From contig JABIYR010000158.1 in the NCBI GenBank assembly GCA_018702695.1, positions 2,541 to 66,540 on the forward strand: 64,000 nt of DNA, in the 5' to 3' direction. Position numbers and translations under genes: made by a program. This DNA is from Nitrospina sp. (GTDB lineage Bacteria > Nitrospinota > Nitrospinia > Nitrospinales > VA-1). The notes below the pieces were generated by a model. The model saw only the letters and a program-made list of their open reading frames with translations, did no database searches and was not told where the DNA came from. Position 1 is the stretch's first letter. Each line of letters starts with the position of its first letter. This document shows, piece by piece, positions 22,969 to 33,268 of the stretch.

Positions 22969-24279
22969 ATGCAAGTTACGGAATTTTCGTTAAAATATTT
23001 TAAAGATACCCTGTCGAATGGTCTAACGGTTGTGACGGTTGAAATGCCGCATATCCATACGATGGAAGTGTCGATGTTAGTCCGGGCTGGTTTGCGCTTT
23101 GAAAATGAAAAGAACAATGGCATCTCTCATTTTTTAGAGCATATGATGTTTCGGGGCAATCATAAATATACTAACTCCATCGCTTTGAATATGGAGTTTG
23201 AGACCATCGGTCGAGACCTTCGAGCTTCAACCTTGGGTGAATACACTCAATATGGTTTCAGCCCGCATATCCCCTATTTGGACAAGGGCATGGAAATTTT
23301 TGCGGAGTTCTTTCATTCTCCCACTTTCCCAGAAATTGAGTTAGAGCGCGGAATCATTCTGGAAGAATATTATGAAGACCTCAATGAAGAGGGTGTGAAT
23401 GTCGATATAAACAACCACGCCTGCCAACTGCTTTACCCCGATACGCCTATGTCCTGGCCGACCATCGGAACAGAAGAGACCATCAAAAGCATTAACGTCG
23501 AGATGTTGAGAGATTATTATAATACGCATTATATTCCTGGCAATATGGTTTTGGCAATGGCGGGGCCGGTCGAACACAAACAGAACCTGAAGTTGGCAGA
23601 AGAATATTTTTCTGATTTTACGAATAGCGTTACTCCCATATCAAGAAATCATTTTATTGGGAGCATCCCTGATGAACAGCGTCGACCGCAGTTTCTTTTT
23701 CAGCAAGATTCAGACAGTCAGATCGAACTGCAAATCTGTTTTCGATCCTGCTCTTATAACCATGAAGATTTTCTCCCATTAGGTTTGATCAGCCGGATAT
23801 TCGATGACGGCTTTACCTCTCGATTACAGAGAGTGCTGAGAGAAGAACGCGGCCTGATATATTCGGTAGAATGCCGCGCAACCAGTATGTCTGATATCGG
23901 CACGATGGATTTTGATGTGACGGTGCGTCCGGAAAAACTCATTGAAGTTGCAAAAGTGCTTCTTGATGAGATCAAATCATTTGTGATGTCCGGGCCGACA
24001 GATGAAGAAATGGAACATGTGAAAAAACGTTATATGTTTGACCTAGACTCAGAGCTGGACGACCCTTATAAACAGGTGATACGCTACGCTTTCCCCCTAC
24101 TTTACTCGGAAGAAATGTCGATAGAGGAGGAGCGGAATCAGGTGATGGCAGTCACGAAAGAAAAAATTGTGGCGGTTGCTCAGCGCATCTTTGTCGCCGA
24201 AATGGTTAATCTTATTTTGGTCGGCCCCTATACCCCGGAACTGAAAAAAGAACTCGAAACGCTAATTGAAAACTATTGA
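22969..24279 (+). CDS. M16-family (pitrilysin-like) zinc peptidase
   Basis: 436 aa with the inverted zinc motif HFLEHMMF (HxxEH) near the N-terminus. Two-domain length is typical of bacterial M16B. Confidence 0.85.
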   Translation: MQVTEFSLKYFKDTLSNGLTVVTVEMPHIHTMEVSMLVRAGLRFENEKNNGISHFLEHMMFRGNHKYTNSIALNMEFETIGRDLRASTLGEYTQYGFSPHIPYLDKGMEIFAEFFHSPTFPEIELERGIILEEYYEDLNEEGVNVDINNHACQLLYPDTPMSWPTIGTEETIKSINVEMLRDYYNTHYIPGNMVLAMAGPVEHKQNLKLAEEYFSDFTNSVTPISRNHFIGSIPDEQRRPQFLFQQDSDSQIELQICFRSCSYNHEDFLPLGLISRIFDDGFTSRLQRVLREERGLIYSVECRATSMSDIGTMDFDVTVRPEKLIEVAKVLLDEIKSFVMSGPTDEEMEHVKKRYMFDLDSELDDPYKQVIRYAFPLLYSEEMSIEEERNQVMAVTKEKIVAVAQRIFVAEMVNLILVGPYTPELKKELETLIENY

Positions 24280-24289
24280 ATCACTTTCC

Positions 24290-25072
24290 ATGAATAAAAT
24301 TAAAATGAATGCATTTGTATTGCAGTGGTTGAGCACTCTATTTGTTCTGTTTCTGATTTCTTGCGAAACCAATGTGGAAAAGTGTTTGCAGGACGATAGT
24401 TGTGGCCCTGCTATTCAGGTTGTTAGCCATGATGGAGTTCTGCCTGCTGATCCTTATGACGCATTTTGGGATGAAGGGGTGGTCCCCGTTAAAATCGAGT
24501 TGGGGCCACAAATGATCACCAATCCTAAATGGCCGAATCCTTCGATAAGAGATGTGGTGGTGCGAGCGGCAAAGAATAATTCTCGTATCGCCATCATGCT
24601 TGAATGGGACGATGTGACGCGTGATAGTAATTTCGACCATTCGGCATTATACGTAGACCGTGCGGCGGTGATGTTTCCCGTGAATGCGAAGCAAGAAGCT
24701 CCATCGATCACTATGGGAGAGTCGGGCAAGCCGGTTAATATTTGGCAGTGGAAGCCGATAGGCGGCGAGCGCGGGCAACCGGGTGTTAAAGATAACCCAA
24801 ATTCAAAAATTGCTTATCAAACGATTGAAGATTTAAACGCTGAAGGCTTCAGCACCTTGACCGATCAAAATAAACAGGATGTTGAAGGCATTGCGGTGTG
24901 GAAGAATAATAAATGGCGGTTGATATTCAACCGGTCTTTAACTAATGCCAACGGCAATGATGTTCAGTTTGAGCAATCCGTCCTCATGGCCATTGCAGTT
25001 TGGAATGGCTCCAATAAAGAGTTGAACGGGCAAAAAGGCGTCGCGGGCTGGTTGCTTTTGAAAATGACTTAA
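24290..25072 (+). CDS. EB_dh-type (ethylbenzene dehydrogenase gamma / DdhC / NxrC-like) haem-binding lipoprotein
   Basis: The tracked ORF starts at TTG 24266 inside the M16 gene. I prefer ATG 24290 (MNKIKMNAFVLQWLSTLFVLFLISC), which gives a lipobox. Sequence blocks DPYDAFWD, AAVMFPVN, NIWQWK, WKNNKWRLIFNRSL and AIAVWNGSNKELNGQK match my memory of the PF09459 fold. Confidence 0.6.
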   Translation: MNKIKMNAFVLQWLSTLFVLFLISCETNVEKCLQDDSCGPAIQVVSHDGVLPADPYDAFWDEGVVPVKIELGPQMITNPKWPNPSIRDVVVRAAKNNSRIAIMLEWDDVTRDSNFDHSALYVDRAAVMFPVNAKQEAPSITMGESGKPVNIWQWKPIGGERGQPGVKDNPNSKIAYQTIEDLNAEGFSTLTDQNKQDVEGIAVWKNNKWRLIFNRSLTNANGNDVQFEQSVLMAIAVWNGSNKELNGQKGVAGWLLLKMT

Positions 25073-25087
25073 CATCTCGCCTGTTTA

Positions 25088-26023
25088 TTATTTTGTAATC
25101 CTATGCTTTTCAAGATTATCGTGGAATTTTTTCCAAGGAGCTTGCAAGGCGGGGATGAGCTTTTCTTTTAACTCCTGTGGAACGTGGTTGATTTTTTCCA
25201 CAGGCCATTCCTCTATATTTTTTATATCCAAACCTTCTTTTTTGTAGGGGTTTTGTAACGCTTCTTCAAAGCCATAAACCAAAGCGTTGGAGTAAACCTT
25301 TTGGTATTGCTCTTCAATCGTTTCCTCTGAATGCATGCCAGTTATAAATTGATCAAATAAACTTTTGATGATTGGCTGGGCATGCTCTACAAAGTCTGGA
25401 GTCAAGGCCGCATACAGGGTGTAATAGGTGATGAGCACATCCTGCAAGAGGAACTTGAGTTCCGAACTGTCTTTTTTCATGGGCCGAATATTGATATCCA
25501 AAAGTTCCTTCAGAACTTTAATATTGCGGACCATGTCGTAGATGATGGACTCCTCCCATGTTGCTTCCTGACGCACAAAAAAGGCTCTTGCGAACTTGGC
25601 TTTTCCGGTTGTTTCCCACATTTGCAATGTGGTGGTAGGTTGCACACGGTTGGAATAAGGGATGGTCTCACCCCAGCATGGGTCCACCAGATTCAAGCCA
25701 TAACGTTTAAAAGTTGTGGCAAATGTTTGCTGATAGATCTCCATCAAACACTCAAAGTTTTCTATTTTATCAAGCGGGCCATTCTGTGGCAGGTTGACAA
25801 TGGAGTACAAACGCACCACTTTTGTTTTGGCTTGCCCATCGTCATCCGCGACCATATAAGAGCCTCCCCACATGCCAGCTGTAATGGGAATGCGGATACG
25901 ATGCTGTTGATACATTTGCTGGGAAACTGATTCGCCAATGACCTGTAAAAGGTTATGGAAATAATAAAGATTAATGCGGTCTTCTTTAGGGTAAAGATTT
26001 CCGGGAAGAATATTGTAGTTCAT
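25088..26023 (-). CDS. hypothetical protein (no domain recognised)
   Basis: 311-aa ORF with protein-like composition. The antisense 182-aa ORF is Cys/His-rich nonsense. Confidence 0.55.
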   Translation of the reverse strand: MNYNILPGNLYPKEDRINLYYFHNLLQVIGESVSQQMYQQHRIRIPITAGMWGGSYMVADDDGQAKTKVVRLYSIVNLPQNGPLDKIENFECLMEIYQQTFATTFKRYGLNLVDPCWGETIPYSNRVQPTTTLQMWETTGKAKFARAFFVRQEATWEESIIYDMVRNIKVLKELLDINIRPMKKDSSELKFLLQDVLITYYTLYAALTPDFVEHAQPIIKSLFDQFITGMHSEETIEEQYQKVYSNALVYGFEEALQNPYKKEGLDIKNIEEWPVEKINHVPQELKEKLIPALQAPWKKFHDNLEKHRITK

Positions 26024-26059
26024 TGAATCCGTTCGATGCTTATGCGCCTATGATGTTTT

Positions 26060-26088
26060 AATTGCCCTTCCGTTGAAGAAGGGCAATT
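26060..26088 (-). terminator. perfect 11-bp hairpin downstream of ilvD (terminator-like, weak U tract)
   Basis: AATTGCCCTTC-cgttgaa-GAAGGGCAATT, about 30 nt after the ilvD stop. No clean U run on the minus strand. Confidence 0.35.
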
Positions 26089-26119
26089 CGTTTAGTTGAG
26101 TAATACTTCAAGCTGTCAT

Positions 26120-27808
26120 TCAGTCGGTCACAGCACCTTTACAGGCTGAACCAACTAGTTTTGCGTATTTCGCCAAAACTCCCGACTTATATTTAATTTC
26201 CGGTGCGACGAATTGTTTTTTTCTTTGCTCTAGCTCTTCCTCTGACAGTTTTACATCTAACTGGTTATTGCCGATATCGATGGTGATGATATCATCATCT
26301 TGAATGAGACCGATGGTTCCGCCTATTTGCGCCTCAGGAGCGATATGACCGATTACGATGCCATACGTTCCACCTGAGAACCGACCGTCGGTGATGAGAG
26401 CGACTTGATCTCCCAAGCCTTTTCCTACAATGGCTGCCGTAGGTGCTAGCATTTCGCGCATTCCTGGCCCACCCTTGGGGCCTTCGAAACGAATGACGAC
26501 GATATCACCCGCTTTAATTTTATCATCGAGAATGGCATCCAGACATTCCTCTTCCGAATTGAAGACGCGCGCAGGGCCGCTGATATTGCGGGTTGTCACT
26601 CCCGAAACCTTGGCAACGGCTCCTTCCGTACAGAGGTTGCCATGTAGAATTACCAAGTGCCCTTCAGTGTACTTGGGTTGATCCAAAGGCAGTATGACAT
26701 TCTGATCAGCTCGGGGTTGGTCGGGAACATCTTTCAAGTTCTCGGCGATTGTTTTACCCGTAACGGTCATGCAATCTCCGTGTAGAAGCCCGGCATTTAG
26801 CATCATCTTCATGACTTGCGGAATACCACCGGCATAATGCAAATCGATGGCAACGTATTGACCTGATGGTTTCAAATCACAAAAGACGGGAATTTTTTTG
26901 CGTATTTCTTCAAATTCGTTCATCGTCAAAGGCACTCCAGCCGAATGAGCGATTGCTAGAAAATGCAGAACGGCATTGGTCGAGCCTCCAACTGCCATCA
27001 CAACGGCGATGGCATTTTCAAAGGCTTTCTTGGTCATAATATCTCGGGGTAAGATATTTTTCTCAACCATATTTAAAAGAGCTTTCGCGCTTTCGCCTGT
27101 ACTGATTTCTTTATCATTGTCTTCATTTGCCATTGTGGAGCTGTAAGGCAAGCTCATGCCCATAGCTTCAAATGCTGAAGACATGGTGTTGGCCGTGAAC
27201 ATTCCCCCACAAGAACCGTAACCGGGGCAGGCATTTTTTTCAATGTCTGTCAGTTCTTCTTTGTCAATGCTACCAGCCCCTAATTGCCCCACCGCTTCGA
27301 ATACGTTGACAACGGTCAGGTCTTTACCGCTGAGGTGACCGGGTTTGATTGTTCCGCCATAAACAAAAATTCCGGGAATATTCAATCTCGCCATGGCTAT
27401 CATGGCTCCGGGCATATTTTTATCACACCCACCTATGCAGATGACGGCGTCCATGCTTGCACCTCGGCAAACGGTTTCAATGGAGTCGGCGATCACCTCT
27501 CGGCTGACGAGAGAACATTTCATACCCTCGGTTCCCATTGATATACCATCGCTGACAGTAATGGTTCCAAACATCTGCGGCATGCCGCCACTTTTGCGGA
27601 TTTCTACAGAAGCGATATCGGCTAATTTCCCCAACCCTGCATTACAAGGTGTGGTTCCACTTTGCCCATTGGCGATGCCGACGATGGGTTTGTTGAAATC
27701 GTCATCGGTGAAGCCTACCGCTCTAAGCATGGCACGGTTTGGAGCGCGTCGGTCTCCTTGAGTGATCGCTCTACTTTTTGAATTTAAGGGGTGTGAATTT
27801 TGCGTCAT
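26120..27808 (-). CDS. ilvD: dihydroxy-acid dehydratase
   Basis: 562 aa with conserved blocks [23 protein letters not shown] and GHIAPEA. Confidence 0.97.
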   Translation of the reverse strand: MTQNSHPLNSKSRAITQGDRRAPNRAMLRAVGFTDDDFNKPIVGIANGQSGTTPCNAGLGKLADIASVEIRKSGGMPQMFGTITVSDGISMGTEGMKCSLVSREVIADSIETVCRGASMDAVICIGGCDKNMPGAMIAMARLNIPGIFVYGGTIKPGHLSGKDLTVVNVFEAVGQLGAGSIDKEELTDIEKNACPGYGSCGGMFTANTMSSAFEAMGMSLPYSSTMANEDNDKEISTGESAKALLNMVEKNILPRDIMTKKAFENAIAVVMAVGGSTNAVLHFLAIAHSAGVPLTMNEFEEIRKKIPVFCDLKPSGQYVAIDLHYAGGIPQVMKMMLNAGLLHGDCMTVTGKTIAENLKDVPDQPRADQNVILPLDQPKYTEGHLVILHGNLCTEGAVAKVSGVTTRNISGPARVFNSEEECLDAILDDKIKAGDIVVIRFEGPKGGPGMREMLAPTAAIVGKGLGDQVALITDGRFSGGTYGIVIGHIAPEAQIGGTIGLIQDDDIITIDIGNNQLDVKLSEEELEQRKKQFVAPEIKYKSGVLAKYAKLVGSACKGAVTD

Positions 27809-27893
27809 TGTAATTTCCTAATTGCTAAGGTGTTTTTTATAGAGAGGCCAGAAGCCCCAAATTTATTCATTTCATGCGGGTGACAAAGGCTAA

Positions 27894-29534
27894 CTACGTC
27901 TTCGTAACCGATATGGCATTGACGGTGGGACGGCGAAAATAACCGTCCCCATTCTGAGAATGCGCAATAGCGTAGTATACAGGATTTTTGGTTGCTTTTA
28001 AAATGGCTTGCGACCCGGATATCGCAATTTCATGATGGAATGGAATCACCGGGGTCTTGCGGTCTTTTTCCCAAGTTTTGACTGGCGGCAGGTGTTTGCT
28101 GGTTTGTAGAACCGCTGGCAATCGAAAGGACCTTTGTGAATAGAGGTAATCGAGCTTCAACAAGTCTTGTTCCATTGCCGTGGCTGCCGAAAAAAACGTG
28201 TCTCGAAATATTCGGTAATATTCGTCAAGCGAAACCGGGTTCATCAATATATCGTGTGCATCATGATAGTCTCGCAATCGGTTGAATATGATTATAGGGT
28301 CCATTTTTTCGAGAAGATAATGGATCGAAAACCGGAATCGCTTGGAATTGTAGTAGCGATCAAAAATATCGACGAACTGCTTTAAATACGTCACCTCTTG
28401 AGGGGATAGATGTTGGTGAGAAATAAGTTCGTACGGAGGGGTCGATTGATAGTGGTACTGATGTGTCTCTATGAGATTATTAATGGGAGCGCCGGGAAGA
28501 AATTTTAGAAACCCCAACTGCAACTCGTGTGGTTTCAGCGCGATCACTTTACATAAAGACTGCTGTATATCCTTCAACGTTTCTCCCGGCAAACCAAATA
28601 TAAGGTCACAATGGAAATGAATGCGGTCTTGTTCAACCAGTTGTTGAATGGTTTTAAATAATTTTTCGTTGCTTTGCTTACGTTGGATGGTTTCTTGAAC
28701 CGACTCGGTGGTGGTTTGAATTCCAATTTCAAATTGAAACATTCCAGCAGGAACGGTTTTGAGAAAATCAAGAATTTCGGGTGTGAGAATATCGCCCACC
28801 ACTTCAAAATGAAACTCACTGCCTTTGAACTGGGTCAACCATTGCATGAGATCTTTCATTCGACTTGGTTTGAGGTTGAAAGTGCGATCTACGAATTTGA
28901 TTTTCTGAATTCCGGCTGTGATGAGTTTTTTTATTTGAATTTGTATGGTGGCATCATCGAAATAACGCACGGTTTTATCCAATGCGGATAGACAGAACGA
29001 GCAAAGGTAAGGGCAACCTCGAGATGTTTCAAAATAAACAAGGCGGTTTTTTAGTTTAGGGAAATCTTCTTCTAGGTAAGCCGGGGTCAGTTCTGGCAGA
29101 TCAGTTCCGTATGTGCGCCAGCGCTTGAGCACCTCCTCTGAGGGAGGCTCATTTTTATGGGTCAGCTCAAGAAACTCAGTCCACTTCTTTTCGCCTTCAC
29201 CGGAAATGACAGGGAAGGGCAGTAAGTTGTCTTTTTCAAATGATACCTCTGGCCCTCCCACCGCTATCTTAAGTTCAGGCATTTGTTTTTGCAGACGTTC
29301 TATCAACTCCAAACTCTGGCTTCGGTTCCAGATATAAATGCCCACTCCTAAAATTTCTGGCTGGAGTTTTTGTATTTCAGCGGCAATTTTCCATATCGGC
29401 TGATTGATGACAAATTCACGGATCCATACATTTTGATAGCCCGCTTCACGGCTGGCATTTCTCAAGTATCTTAAGCTGAGAGATGAATGAATGAATTTTG
29501 CGTTGAGCGTTATAAGCCCTATGGAACGATTCAA
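27894..29534 (-). CDS. B12-binding-domain radical SAM protein (DUF4080-containing class)
   Basis: 546 aa. An N-terminal cobalamin-binding-like domain is followed by the radical SAM motif SRGCPYLCSFC (CxxxCxxC) and a long C-terminal extension. Confidence 0.8.
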   Translation of the reverse strand: MNRSIGLITLNAKFIHSSLSLRYLRNASREAGYQNVWIREFVINQPIWKIAAEIQKLQPEILGVGIYIWNRSQSLELIERLQKQMPELKIAVGGPEVSFEKDNLLPFPVISGEGEKKWTEFLELTHKNEPPSEEVLKRWRTYGTDLPELTPAYLEEDFPKLKNRLVYFETSRGCPYLCSFCLSALDKTVRYFDDATIQIQIKKLITAGIQKIKFVDRTFNLKPSRMKDLMQWLTQFKGSEFHFEVVGDILTPEILDFLKTVPAGMFQFEIGIQTTTESVQETIQRKQSNEKLFKTIQQLVEQDRIHFHCDLIFGLPGETLKDIQQSLCKVIALKPHELQLGFLKFLPGAPINNLIETHQYHYQSTPPYELISHQHLSPQEVTYLKQFVDIFDRYYNSKRFRFSIHYLLEKMDPIIIFNRLRDYHDAHDILMNPVSLDEYYRIFRDTFFSAATAMEQDLLKLDYLYSQRSFRLPAVLQTSKHLPPVKTWEKDRKTPVIPFHHEIAISGSQAILKATKNPVYYAIAHSQNGDGYFRRPTVNAISVTKT

Positions 29535-29612
29535 TTTTAAGCCTTGCTCTTAAAGTGTGGTGGGGAATATCCCAACATCATAAAGGGTGTCGGGCGAGTA
29601 AGACAACCCCGT

Positions 29613-30431
29613 TTATTTTTTCTGGCAAGATTTGCAGAAAAAGGTGGAACGTCCAGAATGAAGTCGGCGAGATAGTGGGGTCTTGCATTTTTGGCAAGGC
29701 TGTCCCTCTTTGCCATAGACAGACAATTTTACCGCATAATAGCCCGCTGATCCGTTCGGGTCGAAAAAATCGCGCAGAGTGGTGCCACCAGCAGAAATAC
29801 TGTTCTCTAGGGTAGAGCGCACGCATGAAAGAAGGCGGTCCCATTCGGCAAGCGTGATACGCCCTGCTTGGCGTTGCGGGTTGATGCCAGCCTGAAACAG
29901 AGATTCGCAGGCATAAATATTACCAATCCCGGTAATACGCCGAGCATCCATGATGAAAGTTTTAATCGGTGACTTACATTTTCTAGCACGGATTTTTAAT
30001 GCCTGAGCGTTGGCCTCGGGTGAGAACGGGTCGGGGCCCATTTTATCGAGTAAAGGGTGTTCCCCATTTTGAGGAACCCAAAGAATGCAACCAAAACGCC
30101 GAGGGTCGACAAAATGCAGGCAAGTTTTGGCACCAAATTGGAAGATGGCATGCGTGTGTTTTTCTTGAATTGCCATAGAGTTGTTCAGGGTAACGCGACC
30201 GCTCATGCCCAAATGCAAGAGCATGGCTCCGTGCGGAACTTTTAAAAGCAGATATTTCCCCAGACGCTGGATTTCATGAACGACCTGTTGGGAAAAATGT
30301 TCCTGCAATGTGTCTTGAGGGATTGGAAAACGGATGTCTTTACGGTAGAAACTGAGGCCTGTGCAGGTTTTATTTACCACTAATGGGAGAAGCGCACGGC
30401 GCAGGGTTTCAACTTCAGGAAGTTCAGGCAT
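29613..30431 (-). CDS. mutM: formamidopyrimidine-DNA glycosylase
   Basis: 272 aa with N-terminal MPELPEVE, an H2TH region and a C-terminal zinc finger (CQKCKTPL...FFCKSCQ). Confidence 0.95.
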   Translation of the reverse strand: MPELPEVETLRRALLPLVVNKTCTGLSFYRKDIRFPIPQDTLQEHFSQQVVHEIQRLGKYLLLKVPHGAMLLHLGMSGRVTLNNSMAIQEKHTHAIFQFGAKTCLHFVDPRRFGCILWVPQNGEHPLLDKMGPDPFSPEANAQALKIRARKCKSPIKTFIMDARRITGIGNIYACESLFQAGINPQRQAGRITLAEWDRLLSCVRSTLENSISAGGTTLRDFFDPNGSAGYYAVKLSVYGKEGQPCQKCKTPLSRRLHSGRSTFFCKSCQKK

Positions 30432-30452
30432 GAGCGTAATAGACGAGGAAAG

Positions 30453-30474
30453 GCCCTGCCTGGCGAGGCAGGGC
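30453..30474 (-). terminator. terminator candidate after grpE
   Basis: GCCCTGCC-tggcga-GGCAGGGC, a perfect 8-bp GC-rich stem. On the minus strand it is followed by CTTTCCT. Confidence 0.45.
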
Positions 30475-30497
30475 GCACTTATTTTAAACGCGAAGTT

Positions 30498-31142
30498 TTA
30501 CTCTGCTTTATCCGCTTCTTTTGTTTCTTCTGGCTGTTCCGTGTCTTCTTCTTTGACAGCGGGTTTTTTTGAAATCACCACTTTAGCTGAATGAAGAATC
30601 CGTCCATTTAAGGTATAGCCTTTTGAATATTCTTGAATCACGATATTTTCATCGTGTTCCTCGGATTCCAATTGCGTCATGACCTCATGCAGGTTGGGGT
30701 CAAAAGGTTTGCCCATGGCTTCGATGGCTTCGACCTTTTGGTTTTTGAGAAAAGCGGTGAACTGCTTCTGGATCATCTCAACGCCTTCTCTTAAACTTTC
30801 CAAGGAGGCCTTGGGGGCCTCTAAAGCGCGGTCCAAATTGTCATTGATCTGCACCAGCTCTTTCAAGAGTCGTTGGTTGGCAAATTGAATAGAGTCTTCT
30901 TTGTCTTTAATCAATCGTTTGCGAAAGTTTTCAAGGTCGGCTTTTTCTCGTAGGAAGTCTTCTTTTTGTTCCGCCAGTTCTTGGTCTTTCTTTTTTACTT
31001 CTTCTTGAAGTGCTTCAAGAGGTGTCAGTACCACTTCTAACGGAACGTCTTTTGGTTCTTCAACCGTTTCTTCCTGATTTTGATCCTCTGCCTTTTCAGT
31101 TTCTTCGACAGGTTCCTTTGTCTTTTTTTCCTTGGATGTCAT
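30498..31142 (-). CDS. grpE: nucleotide exchange factor GrpE
   Basis: 214 aa with an acidic N-terminus, a coiled coil and C-terminal beta-domain motifs (FDPNLHEVM). Confidence 0.93.
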   Translation of the reverse strand: MTSKEKKTKEPVEETEKAEDQNQEETVEEPKDVPLEVVLTPLEALQEEVKKKDQELAEQKEDFLREKADLENFRKRLIKDKEDSIQFANQRLLKELVQINDNLDRALEAPKASLESLREGVEMIQKQFTAFLKNQKVEAIEAMGKPFDPNLHEVMTQLESEEHDENIVIQEYSKGYTLNGRILHSAKVVISKKPAVKEEDTEQPEETKEADKAE

Positions 31143-31151
31143 AAAACCTTT

Positions 31152-32213
31152 TTAAACTCCCTGATTTTCAGAAATTAATTTAGAGACTATTTTTGCGGTA
31201 TGGTTCACAACAGAAATGATACGTTTATAATCCATTCTCTTGGACCCAAAAACAGCCAGTGTGCCTACATTTTCATTTCCCAATTGATAATTTTGCGCGA
31301 TGAGACTGCAGTTTTCCATTTCCTCCTGGAGATTTTCCTCTCCTATCAATATGGTCATTCCATCATGGTGCAGGCAAAGATCGAGCAGATTGATCAATTT
31401 GGTTTTTTCTTCAAGAGTGCCCAGAAGTGCTTTGATATGACTGATATCTTCTGAGAACTCGGGTTGATCGAGAAAGTTGAGTGCCCCTTCTATTATCAGC
31501 TCATTACTGTCATTTTTCTCCGCAAATAAAGCGGCTGACAATGTGTGAGCCTTTCTTGCTAATACATTATAGTGTTCTTTTTCCTGCTTCAACCTTTTCA
31601 GTAAATCCCGCAGAATCGATTTAATGGGTTTGCCACTGAACTCGCTGTTCAGGTAATTAGAAATGGAGGTCAACTGCTCTTGAGTCATGTCTGCTTCAAT
31701 TGGGAGTACTTTGTTTTGCAGAAGACCTTGCTCAGAAAAGAAGACCGCTAGCGCCGCTTGGGGCGCGACCTTGGTAAATTCGATATGTTTGAAGCAAGTA
31801 CTGGAAAAACTGGGAAGCAGGACCAGCCCGGTTTGCTGTGAATCTTTGGAAAGGTTTTCGCAGGCTTGTTCAAGAAGCCCTTGCAGGTTTTGTTTGTCAG
31901 CGGAGTATTCATGATCATGGCTTTCTGATAGAACCTCGGCCTTCATCAAAAAACTTTGTGGACGCAGAAGATGATCCACATAAAATCGATAGCCTTTATC
32001 GGTGGGAACTCGGCCCGCTGACTTGTGAGGTTGCTTCAAAAACCCAATCTCCTCTAGGTCGGCCATCACATTCCTGAGTGTGGCAGAGCTAAGATGTTCA
32101 GGGTGAACCTTGGAGATGGTTCTGGAGCCGACCGGTTCAGCGGTTTCGATGTATTTATCGACAACTGCTAAAAGAACCGCTTGGTTTCTTTCTTCCAATA
32201 AAGGGGAGCTCAT
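31152..32213 (-). CDS. hrcA: heat-inducible transcription repressor HrcA
   Basis: 353 aa with the N-terminal winged helix LLAVVDKYIETAEPVGSRTISK. It lies directly upstream of grpE (9-nt gap). Confidence 0.93.
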   Translation of the reverse strand: MSSPLLEERNQAVLLAVVDKYIETAEPVGSRTISKVHPEHLSSATLRNVMADLEEIGFLKQPHKSAGRVPTDKGYRFYVDHLLRPQSFLMKAEVLSESHDHEYSADKQNLQGLLEQACENLSKDSQQTGLVLLPSFSSTCFKHIEFTKVAPQAALAVFFSEQGLLQNKVLPIEADMTQEQLTSISNYLNSEFSGKPIKSILRDLLKRLKQEKEHYNVLARKAHTLSAALFAEKNDSNELIIEGALNFLDQPEFSEDISHIKALLGTLEEKTKLINLLDLCLHHDGMTILIGEENLQEEMENCSLIAQNYQLGNENVGTLAVFGSKRMDYKRIISVVNHTAKIVSKLISENQGV

Positions 32214-32343
32214 TGTTTTAGGAAATACCGAAAAGTTTCAATAATCTTATCTACTCTAATAAATTATCAACCCGTCTGATTTTTGTCAATATGGGAGTAA
32301 TTCTGGCTGTATCTCGCTTGGGTTTTGTTGGTTCGTCCTGCTT

Positions 32344-33261
32344 TTATTGCGGTGCGGCAGAAGTTTTTAAGTCTTTTGTCTTCTCGACGATCTGGGTGCC
32401 AATGCCCTCGGCTGTGAAAATTTCCAGTAACAGAGCGTGTCGAACCCGACCATCAATGATATGGGTTTTATGAACCCCTGATTTGAGGGCTTGCAGACAA
32501 CAATTGACCTTTGGAAGCATGCCATCGCGAATGACTTTACTGCGGATCAGGTCTGTGACCTTTTTTCGGGTGAGGCCCGACTGCAAGACCCCGGTTTTGT
32601 TCTTAACGCCTTCTGTATCGGTCATCAAAATCAATTTTTCGGCTTTCAGAGCCGATGCGATTTGAGCGGCAACAAAGTCTGCGTTGATGTTGAGCGTCTC
32701 GCCATTCTCACCTTTACCTATGGGTGCGATGACAGGAATGAACCCATTCTGATCGAGCGTTTCCAGAATTCGCGGGTTCACCTTCGTGATTTCGCCGACC
32801 AAACCTAGGTCGATGATTTCTGGACGATCGGTCTCGGGGGACTGTTTCACCTTTTTATGTCGTTTTGCAAGAATCAGATCACCATCTTTTCCAGTGATGC
32901 CCACAGCATTGCCTCCCTGATTGTTGATCAGGGAAACGATCTCCTTGTTCACTTTTCCGCCTAAAACCATTTCTACGACATCAATTGTTTCCTTGCTGGT
33001 TACACGTTGTCCTTCCACAAACTGCGATTGAATTCCCAATGCTTTGAGGGTTTTATCGATTTGTGGCCCGCCTCCGTGAACCACCACCGGGTTAATGCCG
33101 GTGTATTTCATCATGACGATGTCGAGGGCAAAGTTTTGCTTCAAGTCATCTGAGACCATGGCATTGCCGCCATATTTGATGACGATGGTTTTATTGTAGA
33201 AGTTCTTGATATAGGGCAGAGCTTCTAACAGGATTTCCGCTTTTTGTATCAATTTTTTCAT
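32344..33261 (-). CDS. argB: acetylglutamate kinase
   Basis: 305 aa with the [19 protein letters not shown] and NINAD motifs. Confidence 0.95.
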   Translation of the reverse strand: MKKLIQKAEILLEALPYIKNFYNKTIVIKYGGNAMVSDDLKQNFALDIVMMKYTGINPVVVHGGGPQIDKTLKALGIQSQFVEGQRVTSKETIDVVEMVLGGKVNKEIVSLINNQGGNAVGITGKDGDLILAKRHKKVKQSPETDRPEIIDLGLVGEITKVNPRILETLDQNGFIPVIAPIGKGENGETLNINADFVAAQIASALKAEKLILMTDTEGVKNKTGVLQSGLTRKKVTDLIRSKVIRDGMLPKVNCCLQALKSGVHKTHIIDGRVRHALLLEIFTAEGIGTQIVEKTKDLKTSAAPQ

Positions 33262-33268
33262 AATAAAC

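Noticed and set aside
25382-25930. 182-aa plus-strand ORF antisense to the 311-aa hypothetical gene
   Set aside because: Its composition (Cys/His/Gly-rich) is not protein-like. The minus-strand frame is longer and has normal composition.
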